64,000 bases of DNA from positions 49,848,001 through 49,912,000 of the forward strand of contig NC_043002.1 in assembly GCF_006345805.1 (NCBI RefSeq). Direction: 5' to 3'. Below the pieces are notes generated by a model. That model ran no database searches, was not told the DNA's origin, and saw only the letters and a program-made list of their open reading frames with translations. The position numbers were made by a program, and so were the translations under genes. Below are positions 62,930 through 64,000 of the stretch, piece after piece (position 1 is the stretch's first letter; each line of letters starts with the position of its first letter). This stretch comes from Octopus sinensis. Its lineage: Eukaryota.

Positions 62930-64000
62930 TGATGGTGGTCAAAATATTGGTGGCAACTGCAGTGGTACTAGTTGAGGTGGTGGTGGTGGTGGTGGTGGTA
63001 TTAGTTATGGTGGTAAAAGTATTGGTAGCGATTGTGGTGGTGGTGGTGGTGGTAGTAGTACTAGTAGTGTTTTGATGGAAGTGGTAGTGGTGTTGGTGGT
63101 GATAGTGGTAATGATGATGGCGGGGGTGATAGCAGTGATGGTGTGGTGATGGTGGTCAAAATATTGGTAGCAACTGCAGTGGTACTAGTTGAGGTGGTGG
63201 TGGTGGTGGTAGTAAAAATATTGGTAGCGATTGTGGTAGTGGTGGTGGTGGTAGTAGTACTAGTAGTGTTTTTGTGATGGAAGTGGTAGGTGGTGGTGGT
63301 GATAGTGGTAATGATGATGGCGGGGGTGATAGCAGTGATGGTTGTGATGTGGTCAAAATATTGGTAGCAACTGCAGTGGTACTAGTTGAGGTGGTGGTGG
63401 TGGTGGTAGTAAAAATATTGGTAGCGATTGTGGTAGTGGTGGTGGTGGTAGTAGTACTAGTAGTGTTTGTGATGGAAGTGGTAGTGGTGGTGGTGGTGAT
63501 AGTGGTAATGATGATGGCGGGGGTGATAGCAGTGATGGTTGTGATGGTGGTCAAAATATTGGTAGCAACTGCAGTGGTACTAGTTGAGGTGGTGGTGGTG
63601 GTGGTAGTAAAAATATTGGTAGCGATTGTGGTAGTGGTGGGGTGGGTAGTAGTACTACTAGTGTTTTGTGATGGAAGTGTAGTGGTGGTGGTGGTGATAG
63701 TGGTAATGATGATGGCGGGGGTGATAGCAGTGATGGTTGTGATGGTGGTCAAAATATTGGTGGCAACTGCAGTGGTACTAGTTGAGGTGGTGGTGGTGGT
63801 GGTAGTAATATTGGTAGCGATTGTGGTAGTGGTGGTGGTGGTAGTAGTACTAGTAGTGTTTGATGGAAGTGGTAGTGGTGGTGGTGTGATAGTGGTAATG
63901 ATGATGGCGGGGGTGATAGCAGTGATGGTTGTGATGGTGGTCAAAATATTGGTAGCAACTGCAGTGGTACTAGTTGAGGTGGTGGTGGTAGTGGTAGTAA
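62930..64000. repeat. GGT-rich minisatellite, about 198-bp unit, runs off the window end
   Basis: CAAAATATTGG recurs at 62940, 63157, 63354, 63552, 63750 and 63942 (periods 217, 197, 198, 198, 192). Confidence 0.95.

Overview
Eukaryotic, AT-rich window saturated with microsatellites and repeats. I infer it is octopus (coleoid cephalopod), from tRNA-headed SINE families I recognise from memory plus the extreme (TA)n/(CA)n/(GAT)n load. No complete protein-coding gene can be supported. Almost all ORFs in the track are translations of microsatellites or SINEs. The window holds at least five SINE families (working labels A-E), Tc1/mariner transposase relics and MITEs, pogo/Tigger-type and piggyBac-type MITEs, two non-autonomous Helitrons, and several minisatellites. 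A few short unique blocks could be exons (best: 10407-10649 +). Most interesting observations: (1) two same-strand Penelope-type minimal hammerhead ribozyme motifs about 750 nt apart (26958-26993 with a mutated core, 27706-27740 with an intact core) that might complement each other; (2) an orphan hammerhead core with a 5-bp stem II in unique DNA at 10664-10691, just behind a candidate splice donor; (3) a ~105-bp-arm, 6-nt-loop fold-back of a retroelement-like 3' end inside (AAT)n at 30385-30631; (4) a homogeneous 217-bp SINE tandem array at 45.6-46.8 kb; (5) several closely spaced inverted repeats that would form long dsRNA if transcribed. All calls are by eye; no alignments or database searches were run.
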